The notes under the pieces were generated by a model, which saw only the letters and a program-made list of their open reading frames with translations, was not told where the DNA came from and made no database searches. From Bacteroidia bacterium (GTDB taxonomy: Bacteria; Bacteroidota; Bacteroidia; UKL13-3), in the NCBI GenBank assembly GCA_038219845.1, contig JBBRJE010000001.1:1-30643 (forward strand): a stretch of DNA of 30,643 bases, given 5' to 3'. A program made the translations under genes and the position numbers. Below, one piece after another: positions 1-9,567 of the stretch. The number at the start of each line of letters is the position of its first letter. Positions within the stretch are counted from its first letter, which is position 1.

Positions 1-128
1 CCAAATTAGATTAAAAATAAGCAGCAACAATATCTTTTCGAATAATTGTGTAATGGGAGGTTTGCCACCTTACATTTATTGTGCAATAAATAATACAACT
101 GAGACCGTAATAAAAAATAAAAAAAACA

Positions 129-159
129 TTTGGAAGGGTTAAAAATAAATCTATTTTTG
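129..159 (+). promoter_or_regulatory. Bacteroidota housekeeping-sigma promoter (-33/-7) upstream of the first kinase
   Basis: TTTG (129-132), 19-nt spacer, TATTTTTG (152-159); matches TTTG-N19-21-TAnnTTTG. Confidence 0.6.
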
Positions 160-271
160 ATTTATAACCATATTAGCAATCATAAAATTGAAGAGAGAAA
201 GTGTGGTGTGATAACCCTGGGAATAGTCTTTCATTTTTATTGAACGCCGATATAACTATGAACACAAGATC

Positions 272-2809
272 ATGCTGAAAAGTAAAAAAAACTTCAATGG
301 CAATCCAAATTCCATACTCCCGGATTTGATTCCCGTTTTCTTCTCAACCTCCGACAATGCTGACAATAAGATCAATTTCAGCAATTGCAGTATCCATTTG
401 TTTAGCATTTATAATATGAAACAGTCAGAGATTATCCCTGAAGAAAAAATTATCAGGAAAAAACCCTTAACAGGTATTGCCCGCAAATTCGACCTCCTTA
501 TGATTAATTCTGAGGAGAGTTTTGTGTTGATCGATACGGAATTTAAGATCATTACTTTCAACGATCAGTTTAAAGGTCAATACGCCGAATATTTTGATAA
601 AGAAATCCACACTGGGGAATCCATTCTTAATTATTCCCAGGGCCAGACGTTGGAAAACTTAAAAAATATTTACCAGAAGGTGTTTAGCGGTAAGATTATT
701 GAAACAGAAATTCAGATTAATCTGGCCGACAATTCCAAGCGGCATTTTTCCATAAAATACAAACCGGCTTATGATGAAACGAAACTTATCATCGGAGCCT
801 TTGTATCTTCCCATGATATAACGCAGCTCAAGCAGGCACAGCTGATGATAAAAGAGACCGAGGATAAATACCTTTCCATCATTGAGAACCTTAATATCAG
901 CCGCGATCTCAGTGAAATGAAGAAATCGCAGCGGGAGCTTGTGTTTAATGAGAAGCGGTTTCGTTCCATTATCGAGAATAGCCAGGATATGATTACCCTC
1001 TACGACAGGAAAGGACAGCTGGAATATATTAGCCCGGAAGTAGAGCGGACCTTCGGATATGAAAGCGAAAAAGATTATCCGAAACGGTTAGCAGACCTGG
1101 TTCATCCTGATGATATGAACAATGTGAATGCGATTATTAACCAGATGTTCGATGCGCCGGAACTGCCGGTAAAGGCCTTATTGCGGGTTAAGAAAAAAAA
1201 TGGATATTATATTTGGATCGAAGGTACGATAACAAATATGCTTGAAGTGGAAGGATTAAATACCATCGTATCGAATTTCAGAGATGTCACTGAACAAAAA
1301 AATACCCAGGAGCTCCTCAGCATCAATGAAAAATGTTACCGGGCACTGGTAGAGAATAGTCATGATATGCTGATCCTGCTAAATTCTAAAGGGAAGATAG
1401 AATATATCAGCCCTGCAGTGGAGAAAAATTTCGGATATTCAAACAAGGATGTATATAAGAAAACAGTACTCGATTTAGTTCATCCGGATGATATTGAGTT
1501 TATCAAAAAATTCAGGCTCGATGTATTCAGAAATCCCGGCGTGCCTGTACATACGCTGCTAAGAAACAAGAAAAGAGATGGCAGCTATATCTGGGTTGAA
1601 GGTACTATAACCAATATGCTTCATATGCCGGAGGTGAGTGCCGTGGTGGTAAATTTCAGGGATGTGAATGAAAGAAAGAACCTCGAGGAACAGCAGGCAC
1701 TATATGTATCCATTGTTAACTCTTCGGAAGATGCCATCATCAGTATCACCATTGATGATATAATCACCAGCTGGAATAGGGGAGCGGAAAAGCTTTTCGG
1801 CTATACGCCGGAAGAGGCGCTGGGCAGAGATATTTCAATGCTTACCCCAGTTGACCTGTTAGACGAAGAACCAAAAATCCTGGAAAAAATTAAATGCGGC
1901 GAATTCGTTGAATTCTATGAGAAAAAAAGGATCAGGAAAGATGGGACTAGTATATTTATTTCGCTGATAATTTCACCGATAAAAGACATTAAAGGCAATA
2001 TCATCGGGGCGTCGAATATTGCACGCGATATTTCAGAAAGGAAGGAAGCGGAAGAACGTTTCATAAAGAATGAAGAATCGCTGAAAGACCTAAACGAGCA
2101 GGTCGTTAAAAGAGTCGAAGAATTGGCCATCTCCAATGCCGAGCTGGAGCAGTTCGCATATATAGCTTCACACGATTTACAGGAGCCTTTGCGAATGGTC
2201 ACCAGCTTTCTTACACAGCTTCAGAAAAAATATGAAGGCCAGCTCGACGATAAAGCCAGGCAATACATTCACTTTGCCACCGATGGGGCTGCAAGGATGC
2301 GTAAAATAATTATCGATCTGCTTGAATATTCGAGGGCAGGAAGAAAAGCCCATGATATCGAAGAAATAGATATGAATGATCTCCTCGGAGAGGTGATACA
2401 GCTGAACCGCACGATCATTGAAGATAAGGAAGCACTCATTAAATGGGGCAGCCTGCCAGTGATCAGAGGTGGCAGAACACCATTACAGCAGGTATTTCAG
2501 AACTTGATAAGCAACGGGCTAAAATATCAAAAGGAAAGCGAGAGATCACGCATCGTAATCGAGTCGATTGAAACACCAGGCCATTGGCAATTCTCCATAG
2601 CCGATAACGGCATAGGTATTGACCCCTTGTTTTTCGATAAGATATTTATTGTATTTCAACGGCTTCATAATAAAGATGAATATTCGGGCACAGGGATTGG
2701 TCTGGCGATTTGTAAGAAAATTATTGAGAATCATAAAGGGAAAATATGGGTGGAGTCGAAACCCGGCGAAGGAAGTACATTTTATTTCACGATACCTAAA
2801 AAAGCGTAA
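272..2809 (+). CDS. Soluble multi-PAS sensor histidine kinase with Cph1-like kinase core
   Basis: Four PAS domains (e.g. YISPEVERTFGY..LVHPDD and YISPAVEKNFGY..LVHPDD); H-box ASHDLQEPLRMV; N-box QNLISNGLKY; G1 DNGIGI; G2 GTGIGLAICKKI; no TM segments. True start may be ATG 416 (MKQSE). Confidence 0.93.
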   Translation: MLKSKKNFNGNPNSILPDLIPVFFSTSDNADNKINFSNCSIHLFSIYNMKQSEIIPEEKIIRKKPLTGIARKFDLLMINSEESFVLIDTEFKIITFNDQFKGQYAEYFDKEIHTGESILNYSQGQTLENLKNIYQKVFSGKIIETEIQINLADNSKRHFSIKYKPAYDETKLIIGAFVSSHDITQLKQAQLMIKETEDKYLSIIENLNISRDLSEMKKSQRELVFNEKRFRSIIENSQDMITLYDRKGQLEYISPEVERTFGYESEKDYPKRLADLVHPDDMNNVNAIINQMFDAPELPVKALLRVKKKNGYYIWIEGTITNMLEVEGLNTIVSNFRDVTEQKNTQELLSINEKCYRALVENSHDMLILLNSKGKIEYISPAVEKNFGYSNKDVYKKTVLDLVHPDDIEFIKKFRLDVFRNPGVPVHTLLRNKKRDGSYIWVEGTITNMLHMPEVSAVVVNFRDVNERKNLEEQQALYVSIVNSSEDAIISITIDDIITSWNRGAEKLFGYTPEEALGRDISMLTPVDLLDEEPKILEKIKCGEFVEFYEKKRIRKDGTSIFISLIISPIKDIKGNIIGASNIARDISERKEAEERFIKNEESLKDLNEQVVKRVEELAISNAELEQFAYIASHDLQEPLRMVTSFLTQLQKKYEGQLDDKARQYIHFATDGAARMRKIIIDLLEYSRAGRKAHDIEEIDMNDLLGEVIQLNRTIIEDKEALIKWGSLPVIRGGRTPLQQVFQNLISNGLKYQKESERSRIVIESIETPGHWQFSIADNGIGIDPLFFDKIFIVFQRLHNKDEYSGTGIGLAICKKIIENHKGKIWVESKPGEGSTFYFTIPKKA

Positions 2810-2848
2810 TACTCTAGACAGCACCGATGCTTATCTAACAATGAAGAT

Positions 2849-2881
2849 TTTGCCTTGTATTAACTTTTGTTTGTATGTTTG
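2849..2881 (+). promoter_or_regulatory. Bacteroidota -33/-7 promoter for the second kinase
   Basis: TTTG (2849-2852), 21-nt spacer, TATGTTTG (2874-2881); supports ATG 2891 over the TTG at 2867. Confidence 0.5.
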
Positions 2882-2890
2882 CTCTTTCTG

Positions 2891-4597
2891 ATGAGAACTG
2901 AATTTACTAACAAAAATTCCAGTGAAGAGTTGTTTAAGCAGGCAATGGAACGCCATGTTTATACTGCTGAACGTAATATTACACGGGTAAGAAGCGCCAT
3001 CATTTTTTTCAACCTTATAATTTATTATTTGTTTCTTGATAAATCATTCAGCATTCCCATTCTGGCAAATGTGATTTCGATTATCGCCTGTGCTTATACT
3101 TTATATGTAGAGATCCAGAAGCCCTTTAAAAAGTATGCGATTTTTGTCGCCAGTTATTTTACTGCCATCTCTGATTGTGTGCTTATCACGCTATGGCTGA
3201 TTGCTACAGGATCGTATCATTCACCCTATTTTTTGCTATGGTATATCTCTCTTTTTGCAGTTGCCTTCCGTTTCTCGGTGCTCACTACCATTATCTCTTC
3301 TTTGCTTTATTGCACCTCTTATTTACTTTTGATTTACATTTTTGATTACCGTAGTTTTGTTCAGTTTTTCCCCGAGATTTCCATCAGGTTGGGCTATATA
3401 CTTTTTTCAGGTATCCTTGGAACACTCATCACCTACGAACACTCAACACAAACGCATCAAAAAATTGTCCTCGAGAAGCTGAGCCAGGAAGCCAGGGAGG
3501 GCAACGAAAAGCTAATATACCAGACCACCCTCTACGAAAATATGCTCCAGGCGCAGAGTGAGCTGGGAGAAGGCGTGGCCATTGTGAGAGACAGGAAAAT
3601 GATTTATGTCAATGACGCTTTCTGCACAATATTTGGTTCCGACCGGGAGGAATTTTTAAATAATGAATCTAATTTTCACCTGGTCACCTCCGAGGAACGG
3701 TCCATGGTAAGACATAAGGATGCCGACCCTGACGAAGAAAAATCCTTTGATGGCTATATTGAAACAATAATAAGCACCAAGAACGGCGAAAAAAAATTTA
3801 TCGGTTATTCATCAAAAGTGTTTGAGATGAATGAAGAGAAAAACTTATTCTTTGTGATCCGCGATATAACGGAGCAAAAATCGAGGGACACCCAGTTAAA
3901 AAAGAAAACCCGGGATCTTGTATCTCAAAATGAAGAGCTTGAACAATTTGTTTATATCGCCTCGCATGATCTGCAGGAACCCCTGAGAATGATCACCAGC
4001 TTTTTAAGCCAGCTTGAAAATAAATACAAAGGTGCCCTTGACGAAAAGGCGCAGCAATATATTAATTTTGCTACCAGTGGTGCCGAAAGAATGCGTCGGA
4101 TTATACTTGACCTGCTTGATTATTCAAGATTGGGAAGGAAAGAATATAATTTTGAAAAGATCAATTTAAATATCCTGCTCCAGGAGGTGCTGCAGATATA
4201 CGGCAATAGGATCGCAGAAAATAATGTCGAGATTATTTATGATAAGCTTCCTGAAGTGTATGGTGGTAAGACTTTGTTAAATGAAGTATTTCAAAACCTG
4301 ATCGGCAATGCAATCAAATATAAAAAGGAGGATATAAGATGCAGGATTGAGATTAAATCAACGGAAACACCAAGCCATTGGCAATTTTCAATTGCTGATA
4401 ATGGCATTGGGATTGAAAAAATGTTTTTTGATAAGATTTTTGTGATATTTCAAAGGCTCCATAATAAGAATGAATATTCAGGTACAGGTATTGGATTGGC
4501 CATTTGTAAAAAAATAGTGGAAAATCATAAAGGGAAAATTTGGGTAGAATCCACCGAAGGAAAGGGAAGCACATTTTATTTCACGATCATCAAATAA
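2891..4597 (+). CDS. Membrane-bound PAS sensor histidine kinase with multi-TM N-terminal domain
   Basis: About 5-6 hydrophobic helices including ATGSYHSPYFLLWY, one PAS (YVNDAFCTIFG..IRDITEQK), H-box ASHDLQEPLRMI and a complete HATPase. Start reassigned from 2867 to ATG 2891. Confidence 0.92.
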   Translation: MRTEFTNKNSSEELFKQAMERHVYTAERNITRVRSAIIFFNLIIYYLFLDKSFSIPILANVISIIACAYTLYVEIQKPFKKYAIFVASYFTAISDCVLITLWLIATGSYHSPYFLLWYISLFAVAFRFSVLTTIISSLLYCTSYLLLIYIFDYRSFVQFFPEISIRLGYILFSGILGTLITYEHSTQTHQKIVLEKLSQEAREGNEKLIYQTTLYENMLQAQSELGEGVAIVRDRKMIYVNDAFCTIFGSDREEFLNNESNFHLVTSEERSMVRHKDADPDEEKSFDGYIETIISTKNGEKKFIGYSSKVFEMNEEKNLFFVIRDITEQKSRDTQLKKKTRDLVSQNEELEQFVYIASHDLQEPLRMITSFLSQLENKYKGALDEKAQQYINFATSGAERMRRIILDLLDYSRLGRKEYNFEKINLNILLQEVLQIYGNRIAENNVEIIYDKLPEVYGGKTLLNEVFQNLIGNAIKYKKEDIRCRIEIKSTETPSHWQFSIADNGIGIEKMFFDKIFVIFQRLHNKNEYSGTGIGLAICKKIVENHKGKIWVESTEGKGSTFYFTIIK

Positions 4598-4630
4598 TAT
4601 TTTTACATTTGAATTCATAAAACGCGCGTA

Positions 4631-5068
4631 ATGAAGCAAATCCATATTCTACTGGTTGAAGATAATGAAGGAGACATTCTGTTAACTACGGAAGCTCTGA
4701 GTGAGGGTAAAGTATTAAATACAATAACGGTAATGAAAGATGGCTGGGAAGCAATGCAGTTCTTACAAAAATCAGGAAAATACAGTGCAGCTGCATCTCC
4801 TGATATAATTTTGCTTGATGTAAACCTTCCTAAAATGAACGGACATGAGGTATTGAAAAGCATTAAGACCAATGATAGTCTAAAGCATATTCCGGTAATT
4901 ATGCTCACCACTTCCTCTTCTGAAAGAGATATTTTACTTTCATATCAGAATCATGTAAATTGTTATATCACCAAGCCAGTGGAGGTCAATAATTTTCTCC
5001 AGGTGGTTGCCTCAATTGAAAATTTCTGGATTTCACTTATTCAGCTTCCTGGTAAAATCATCAAATAA
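4631..5068 (+). CDS. Single-domain response regulator, Rcp1/CheY-like
   Basis: ILLVEDNEGD, DIILLDVNLPKMNG, VIMLTTSSSERD, YITKPV; receiver domain only. TACATTTG -7 element at 4604-4611. Confidence 0.93.
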   Translation: MKQIHILLVEDNEGDILLTTEALSEGKVLNTITVMKDGWEAMQFLQKSGKYSAAASPDIILLDVNLPKMNGHEVLKSIKTNDSLKHIPVIMLTTSSSERDILLSYQNHVNCYITKPVEVNNFLQVVASIENFWISLIQLPGKIIK

Positions 5069-5070
5069 GA

Positions 5071-7260
5071 ATGACTTTCCGCGATAAAAAGCATCAGATT
5101 CTTATCGTTGAGGACAATCCCGGCGATTTCCTCCTGATTGAGGATTACCTTCAGGAAGAACTTGCGTCCAGCTTGATCCATCATGCCACCACCTTTGCCC
5201 AGGCGAAAGATATTTTGAGCAGGAATGTTTCCATTGATATAATTTTTCTCGATCTTTCACTTCCCGATGCAAGCGGCGAAAGCCTGGTGAATGAAATGAT
5301 GAAATTATCCGGGTCGGTACCGGTGGTGGTGCTCACGGGATATACCGATAAAGAATTTGGGATTAAAACATTGTCACTCGGCATCTCCGATTATCTTTTA
5401 AAAGATGAGCTCAATGCTTCGCAATTATTTCGAAGCATGACATATGCGATCGAGCGGGGTCGTATTCATACCGAACTTAAAGAATCAGAGGAAAACTACC
5501 GGAATCTATTTCAATCGAGCCCTATCCCCATGTGGGTGTTTGATACAGATAGCTTGGCCTTTCTCGATGTTAATGATTCTTCTATAAAACATCTCGGATA
5601 CGCCCGTGAAGAGTTTCTGTCGATGAGCATTAACCAAATATGGCCAGAAGAGGACGAAGCTACCTTTGAAGCCCTGCTCAATCCTTATCGAAAAAATAAA
5701 TTGCTTTTCCACGGTGTCATAAGATACAAGAAAAAGAATGGTGAAATCATCACTGCCGAAATTGTGAGTAACGTAATTGATTTCGACGGCAGGTCGGCCA
5801 GGCTCACCCAGGCCACGGATATCACAGAAAAATTAAAATCAGAACAAGCGTTAAAAATAAGCGAACAGCGCTTTAAAGCTTTAGTGCAGGAAGGCTCCGA
5901 CCTTATAGATATATTGAATGCCAGCGGAATTTATAAATACGTTAGTCCCACCTCTTCCTCTATCCTGGGTATCAATCCGGGTCAAATGACCGGTAAAAAG
6001 ATTTTTGACTTCATTCATGAAGAGGATAAATACAGGGTAATGGACCAGTTCAAATTGCTGAATACACAAAAGAGACTGCATATACTTCCTTTCCGTTTCA
6101 GAGACGGTGAAAATAAATGGCGATGGATGGAAACAATCTTTACTAATCTGTCTGATGATCCGGCAATAGAAGGGATCGTTGCAAATACAAGAGATGTTTC
6201 TGAAAGTATTGAGAATGAAATTAAATTAAAGGACAGCGTTGACCGCTATAATATAGTGGCCAAAGCTACCAGTGATATTATCTGGGACAGAGATTTTACT
6301 TCTGACAAGATTACCTGGAACAGAGGATTGCAGGGCATCCTGGGGTACCGTGATATGGATGCGGTAACAGATGTGGAATGGTGGTACAGTAAAGTGCACC
6401 CGGACGACAAAGGAAGGGTGACTGGTATCATGAATTTTAATTTCAATAAGAAGAATACAAGATGGCAGGATGAATACCGTTTTCAATGCGCCGATGGTTC
6501 CTATAAATATGTATTCGACCGGGTGTTCCTGGAGATCGATGAATTCAGAAATCCTGTTCGAATGATTGGAGCAATGCAGGATATCACCCGTAAAAAAGAA
6601 GAAGAACAGCGGCTCAAGCTTTTGGAATCAGTAATTACTAATACCAATGATGCGGTAGTAATAACAGAGGCAGAATCAAAAAGTAGCGGAGGCCCCAAAA
6701 TTGTTTATGTGAACGACGCCTTCTCAAAAATGACGGGTTATGCCATGGATGAGATCCTGGATAAGAATTTAAGCATCATGTATGGTTCAAATACCGATGC
6801 GAAGGAATTAAGACATCTGGAAAAAGCAATGGAAAACTGGGAGGCCTGCGAAATAGAGATTGTTAATTATAAGAAAAATGGTGAAGAATTCTGGATGAAT
6901 ATGGATATTGCACCCGTTTCCGATGGGAAAGGATGGTTCTCCCATTGGATCGCCATACTGCGTGATGTGAGCGAACGTATGAATTATATTCAGGCAATTG
7001 AAGATCAGAATATTAAATTGCGCGAGATAGCATGGACACAGTCACATATCGTTCGGGCGCCTCTGGCAAGAATTATGGGATTTATTGATCTGTTAAATGA
7101 AGATACAAAAGGTGGTGAAATGGATAAAAGTGATTTCATTACGCATATCCGTTCCTCCGCTTATGAGCTCGATGAAATAATCAGAACCATCGTTAAGAAA
7201 ACAGAACAGGTAGAAAATCAACCCCAAAATAATGAGTCTCGAAGTAATAATAGTAGATGA
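5071..7260 (+). CDS. Receiver - 4xPAS - HisKA protein lacking the ATPase domain
   Basis: N-terminal REC (ILIVEDNPGD, DIIFLDLSLPD, YLLKD), four PAS domains, terminal WTQSHIVRAPLARIMG H-box helix pair, then stop with no N/G boxes. Confidence 0.88.
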   Translation: MTFRDKKHQILIVEDNPGDFLLIEDYLQEELASSLIHHATTFAQAKDILSRNVSIDIIFLDLSLPDASGESLVNEMMKLSGSVPVVVLTGYTDKEFGIKTLSLGISDYLLKDELNASQLFRSMTYAIERGRIHTELKESEENYRNLFQSSPIPMWVFDTDSLAFLDVNDSSIKHLGYAREEFLSMSINQIWPEEDEATFEALLNPYRKNKLLFHGVIRYKKKNGEIITAEIVSNVIDFDGRSARLTQATDITEKLKSEQALKISEQRFKALVQEGSDLIDILNASGIYKYVSPTSSSILGINPGQMTGKKIFDFIHEEDKYRVMDQFKLLNTQKRLHILPFRFRDGENKWRWMETIFTNLSDDPAIEGIVANTRDVSESIENEIKLKDSVDRYNIVAKATSDIIWDRDFTSDKITWNRGLQGILGYRDMDAVTDVEWWYSKVHPDDKGRVTGIMNFNFNKKNTRWQDEYRFQCADGSYKYVFDRVFLEIDEFRNPVRMIGAMQDITRKKEEEQRLKLLESVITNTNDAVVITEAESKSSGGPKIVYVNDAFSKMTGYAMDEILDKNLSIMYGSNTDAKELRHLEKAMENWEACEIEIVNYKKNGEEFWMNMDIAPVSDGKGWFSHWIAILRDVSERMNYIQAIEDQNIKLREIAWTQSHIVRAPLARIMGFIDLLNEDTKGGEMDKSDFITHIRSSAYELDEIIRTIVKKTEQVENQPQNNESRSNNSR

Positions 7261-7636
7261 CGATAAGATAATCATCTACCTGCATAAAATCATGCTTGCC
7301 AAAAGCGGACTAAGTGCCAATCCATTGGCTTACCTTAACGGGAAGGAGCTAATCTATCATTTAAACCACGAGACGATGACTGATAAACGATACCTTATAT
7401 TGCTTGATATTAATATGCCGGAAATGAACGGCTGGGAATTTTTAGATGCAATAATAAATAAGCCTTTCACCGACCATATCTTTGTGATTATGGTTACCTC
7501 GTCCATCGATTCTATCGACAAAGAAAAGGCCCTCACGTATCGTAATGTAATTGAATTTTTTGAGAAGCCTATAGATATTGAAAGCTGTAACAGGATGAAA
7601 ATGATTCCGGCGATTGCTCGCTTTTTTAATGATTGA
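7232..7636 (+). CDS. Single-domain response regulator
   Basis: VIIVDDD, LILLDINMPEMNGWEFL, VIMVTSS, FFEKP; overlaps the upstream gene by 29 nt. Confidence 0.92.
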   Translation: MSLEVIIVDDDKIIIYLHKIMLAKSGLSANPLAYLNGKELIYHLNHETMTDKRYLILLDINMPEMNGWEFLDAIINKPFTDHIFVIMVTSSIDSIDKEKALTYRNVIEFFEKPIDIESCNRMKMIPAIARFFND

Positions 7637-7700
7637 TCCCCGGCCCTATGCGGTAAACAAAATATTCATGCATTCATTATAACAGACAAATAATAACTTA

Positions 7701-8471
7701 ATGTCCGACACTGCAAATACAGTTCGATTAAACAAAGCTATCAGCGATACAGGCTTCTGCTCCAGGCGTGAAGCGGATAAAATGATTGAACAAGGCAGGG
7801 TCACAGTGAATGATACGAAAGGTAATTTAGGCGACCGTGTTTCTCCCGCTGATATTTTAAAGGTAGACGGAAAGGCCTTGGTGCAGCCGGAAACCCTCAT
7901 TTACATTGCGTTTAATAAGCCAAAAGGAATCACCTGCACCACTGAGCTTAATATCGAAAATAATATTATTGAATTCATCAGTCATCCGCAACGAATCTTT
8001 CCCGTGGGACGACTCGACAAGGATTCGGAAGGTTTGATTTTTCTTACCAGTGATGGGAATATGGTAAATAAGATTTTAAGGGCCGGCAATAATCACCAGA
8101 AAGAATATCTGGTAACGGTAGATAAACCGATTACACCGGAATTTATTTTAAAGATGAGCAACGGCGTCCCCATATTGGATACCGTCACCGCAAAATGTTT
8201 CGTCAAAAAGGAAAGTAATTTAATATTCAGAATAATTCTCACCCAGGGATTGAACCGCCAGATACGCCGGATGTGTGCCCACCTGAGATATAACGTGATA
8301 AAATTAGCCAGGATCCGGATCATGAATATCAGCCTCGGGCAGCTCCCCTCGGGGCATTGGAGAAATTTTACAGAGAAAGAGCTAAACGACCTAAATGCTT
8401 TAATTGCAGCATCAAGTAAAACTGAAGAAGCTTCCAGAAATATTAAAGAAATTAATAAATCTAAAAAATAG
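7701..8471 (+). CDS. rluF: 23S rRNA pseudouridine synthase, RluF/RsuA family
   Basis: S4 domain [18 protein letters not shown]; FNKPKGI; catalytic [11 protein letters not shown]; [13 protein letters not shown]. Confidence 0.9.
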   Translation: MSDTANTVRLNKAISDTGFCSRREADKMIEQGRVTVNDTKGNLGDRVSPADILKVDGKALVQPETLIYIAFNKPKGITCTTELNIENNIIEFISHPQRIFPVGRLDKDSEGLIFLTSDGNMVNKILRAGNNHQKEYLVTVDKPITPEFILKMSNGVPILDTVTAKCFVKKESNLIFRIILTQGLNRQIRRMCAHLRYNVIKLARIRIMNISLGQLPSGHWRNFTEKELNDLNALIAASSKTEEASRNIKEINKSKK

Positions 8472-8517
8472 AATATGCAGAAGTAATCCTGACTATCAAA
8501 CACTAATCCCTAATCTT

Positions 8518-9147
8518 ATGACCAATATTAAAAAGGTATTCGAAAACAATAAAGAATGGATAGAAGAAAAGCTCTCTATAGATAAAAATTATTTTAAGAA
8601 GCTGGCCAAAAACCATAGCCCTGAATTTCTGTATATAGGTTGCTCCGATAGCAGGGTGAGCGCTGAGGAATTGATGGGTGTGAAACCAGGGGAGGTATTT
8701 ATTCACCGTAACCTGGCCAACCTGGTCAATAATGTAGATCTGAATGTAATGTCGGTATTGAATTATGCGGTAAGGCATCTTAAGGTAAAGCATGTGGTGG
8801 TTTGCGGTCATTATAATTGTGGCGGTATAAAGGCCGCCATGAAATCGGAAGACATGGGCTTATTAAATCCGTGGCTGAGAAATATACGCGATGTATACCG
8901 TTTACATAAGGAGGAGCTTAATCAAATTAAATCAGATGATGCCCGATACAACAGGCTGGTGGAATTAAACGTTCAGGAACAATGTGTAAACCTGATTAAA
9001 ACAGCAGCGGTACAGCAGGCTTATAAGGAATGGGGTCTAACGGTGCATGGCTGGGTATTTGATATCCATTCAGGCAAGCTCATCGATCTTAAAATTGATT
9101 TCCCCAAAATACTCTATGGAATCATGGAGATCTATAAATTGTATTAA
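8518..9147 (+). CDS. can: Beta-class carbonic anhydrase
   Basis: Zn ligand motifs IGCSDSRV and CGHYNCGG; HRNLAN. Start reassigned to ATG 8518 (MTNIKK). Confidence 0.93.
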   Translation: MTNIKKVFENNKEWIEEKLSIDKNYFKKLAKNHSPEFLYIGCSDSRVSAEELMGVKPGEVFIHRNLANLVNNVDLNVMSVLNYAVRHLKVKHVVVCGHYNCGGIKAAMKSEDMGLLNPWLRNIRDVYRLHKEELNQIKSDDARYNRLVELNVQEQCVNLIKTAAVQQAYKEWGLTVHGWVFDIHSGKLIDLKIDFPKILYGIMEIYKLY

Positions 9148-9284
9148 AGCATATTTGTGCAAGTGGATTGGTTAGTTTGAGGTTTCTGGGTTTGAAAATA
9201 ATCTTTAATCTTCTCCCTGGTACAGTCCCCGCAATTTTCCAAATCTTCACGGCATACCATCGGAGCAAACCGGTAAAAAAACAC

Positions 9285-9292
9285 TATTTTTG
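9285..9292 (+). promoter_or_regulatory. -7 promoter element immediately before the NifU-like start
   Basis: TATTTTTG ends 4 nt before ATG 9297. Confidence 0.45.
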
Positions 9293-9296
9293 CCTT

Positions 9297-9527
9297 ATGA
9301 ACCAAGAGTTAACGCTTCGTGTGCAGCAGGCCTTAGATACAATGCGTCCCTTTCTGAAAGCCGATGGTGGAGACGCCCAGATCGTAGACGTAAATAAAGG
9401 ACTGGTAAGGATCAAGCTTCTGGGAACATGCAGCACCTGCGACTTAAGCAAGATGACTATGAAAGCCGGTATCGAGCAGGCTATAATTAAGGCTGTACCG
9501 GAAATAAATGCCGTAGAGGCGATTTAA
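9297..9527 (+). CDS. NifU/NfuA-family Fe-S cluster carrier
   Basis: RPFLKADGGD and LLGTCSTC (CxxC); 76 aa from ATG 9297. Confidence 0.9.
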   Translation: MNQELTLRVQQALDTMRPFLKADGGDAQIVDVNKGLVRIKLLGTCSTCDLSKMTMKAGIEQAIIKAVPEINAVEAI

Positions 9528-9567
9528 AAATCAAATTATTCAGATCATATCAATTTAAAACTTCTTC

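Noticed and set aside
258-278. uORF MNTRSC* overlapping the first kinase start
   Set aside because: Six codons, no recognisable attenuator structure, and the kinase start itself is uncertain (272 versus 416)
272-5068. Bacteriophytochrome/Rcp1 light-sensing system
   Set aside because: The kinase cores and receiver are Cph1/Rcp1-like, but there is no PAS-GAF-PHY module or bilin-binding motif
6700-6972. Canonical LOV blue-light receptor
   Set aside because: The photoactive Cys and conserved Gln are absent; kept only as a low-interest LOV-like domain
8404-8517. N-terminal extensions given by the ORF track for can, NifU-like, mltG, hutI and gltX
   Set aside because: They overlap neighbours or promoter elements and precede the family-typical N-terminus; downstream ATGs were chosen
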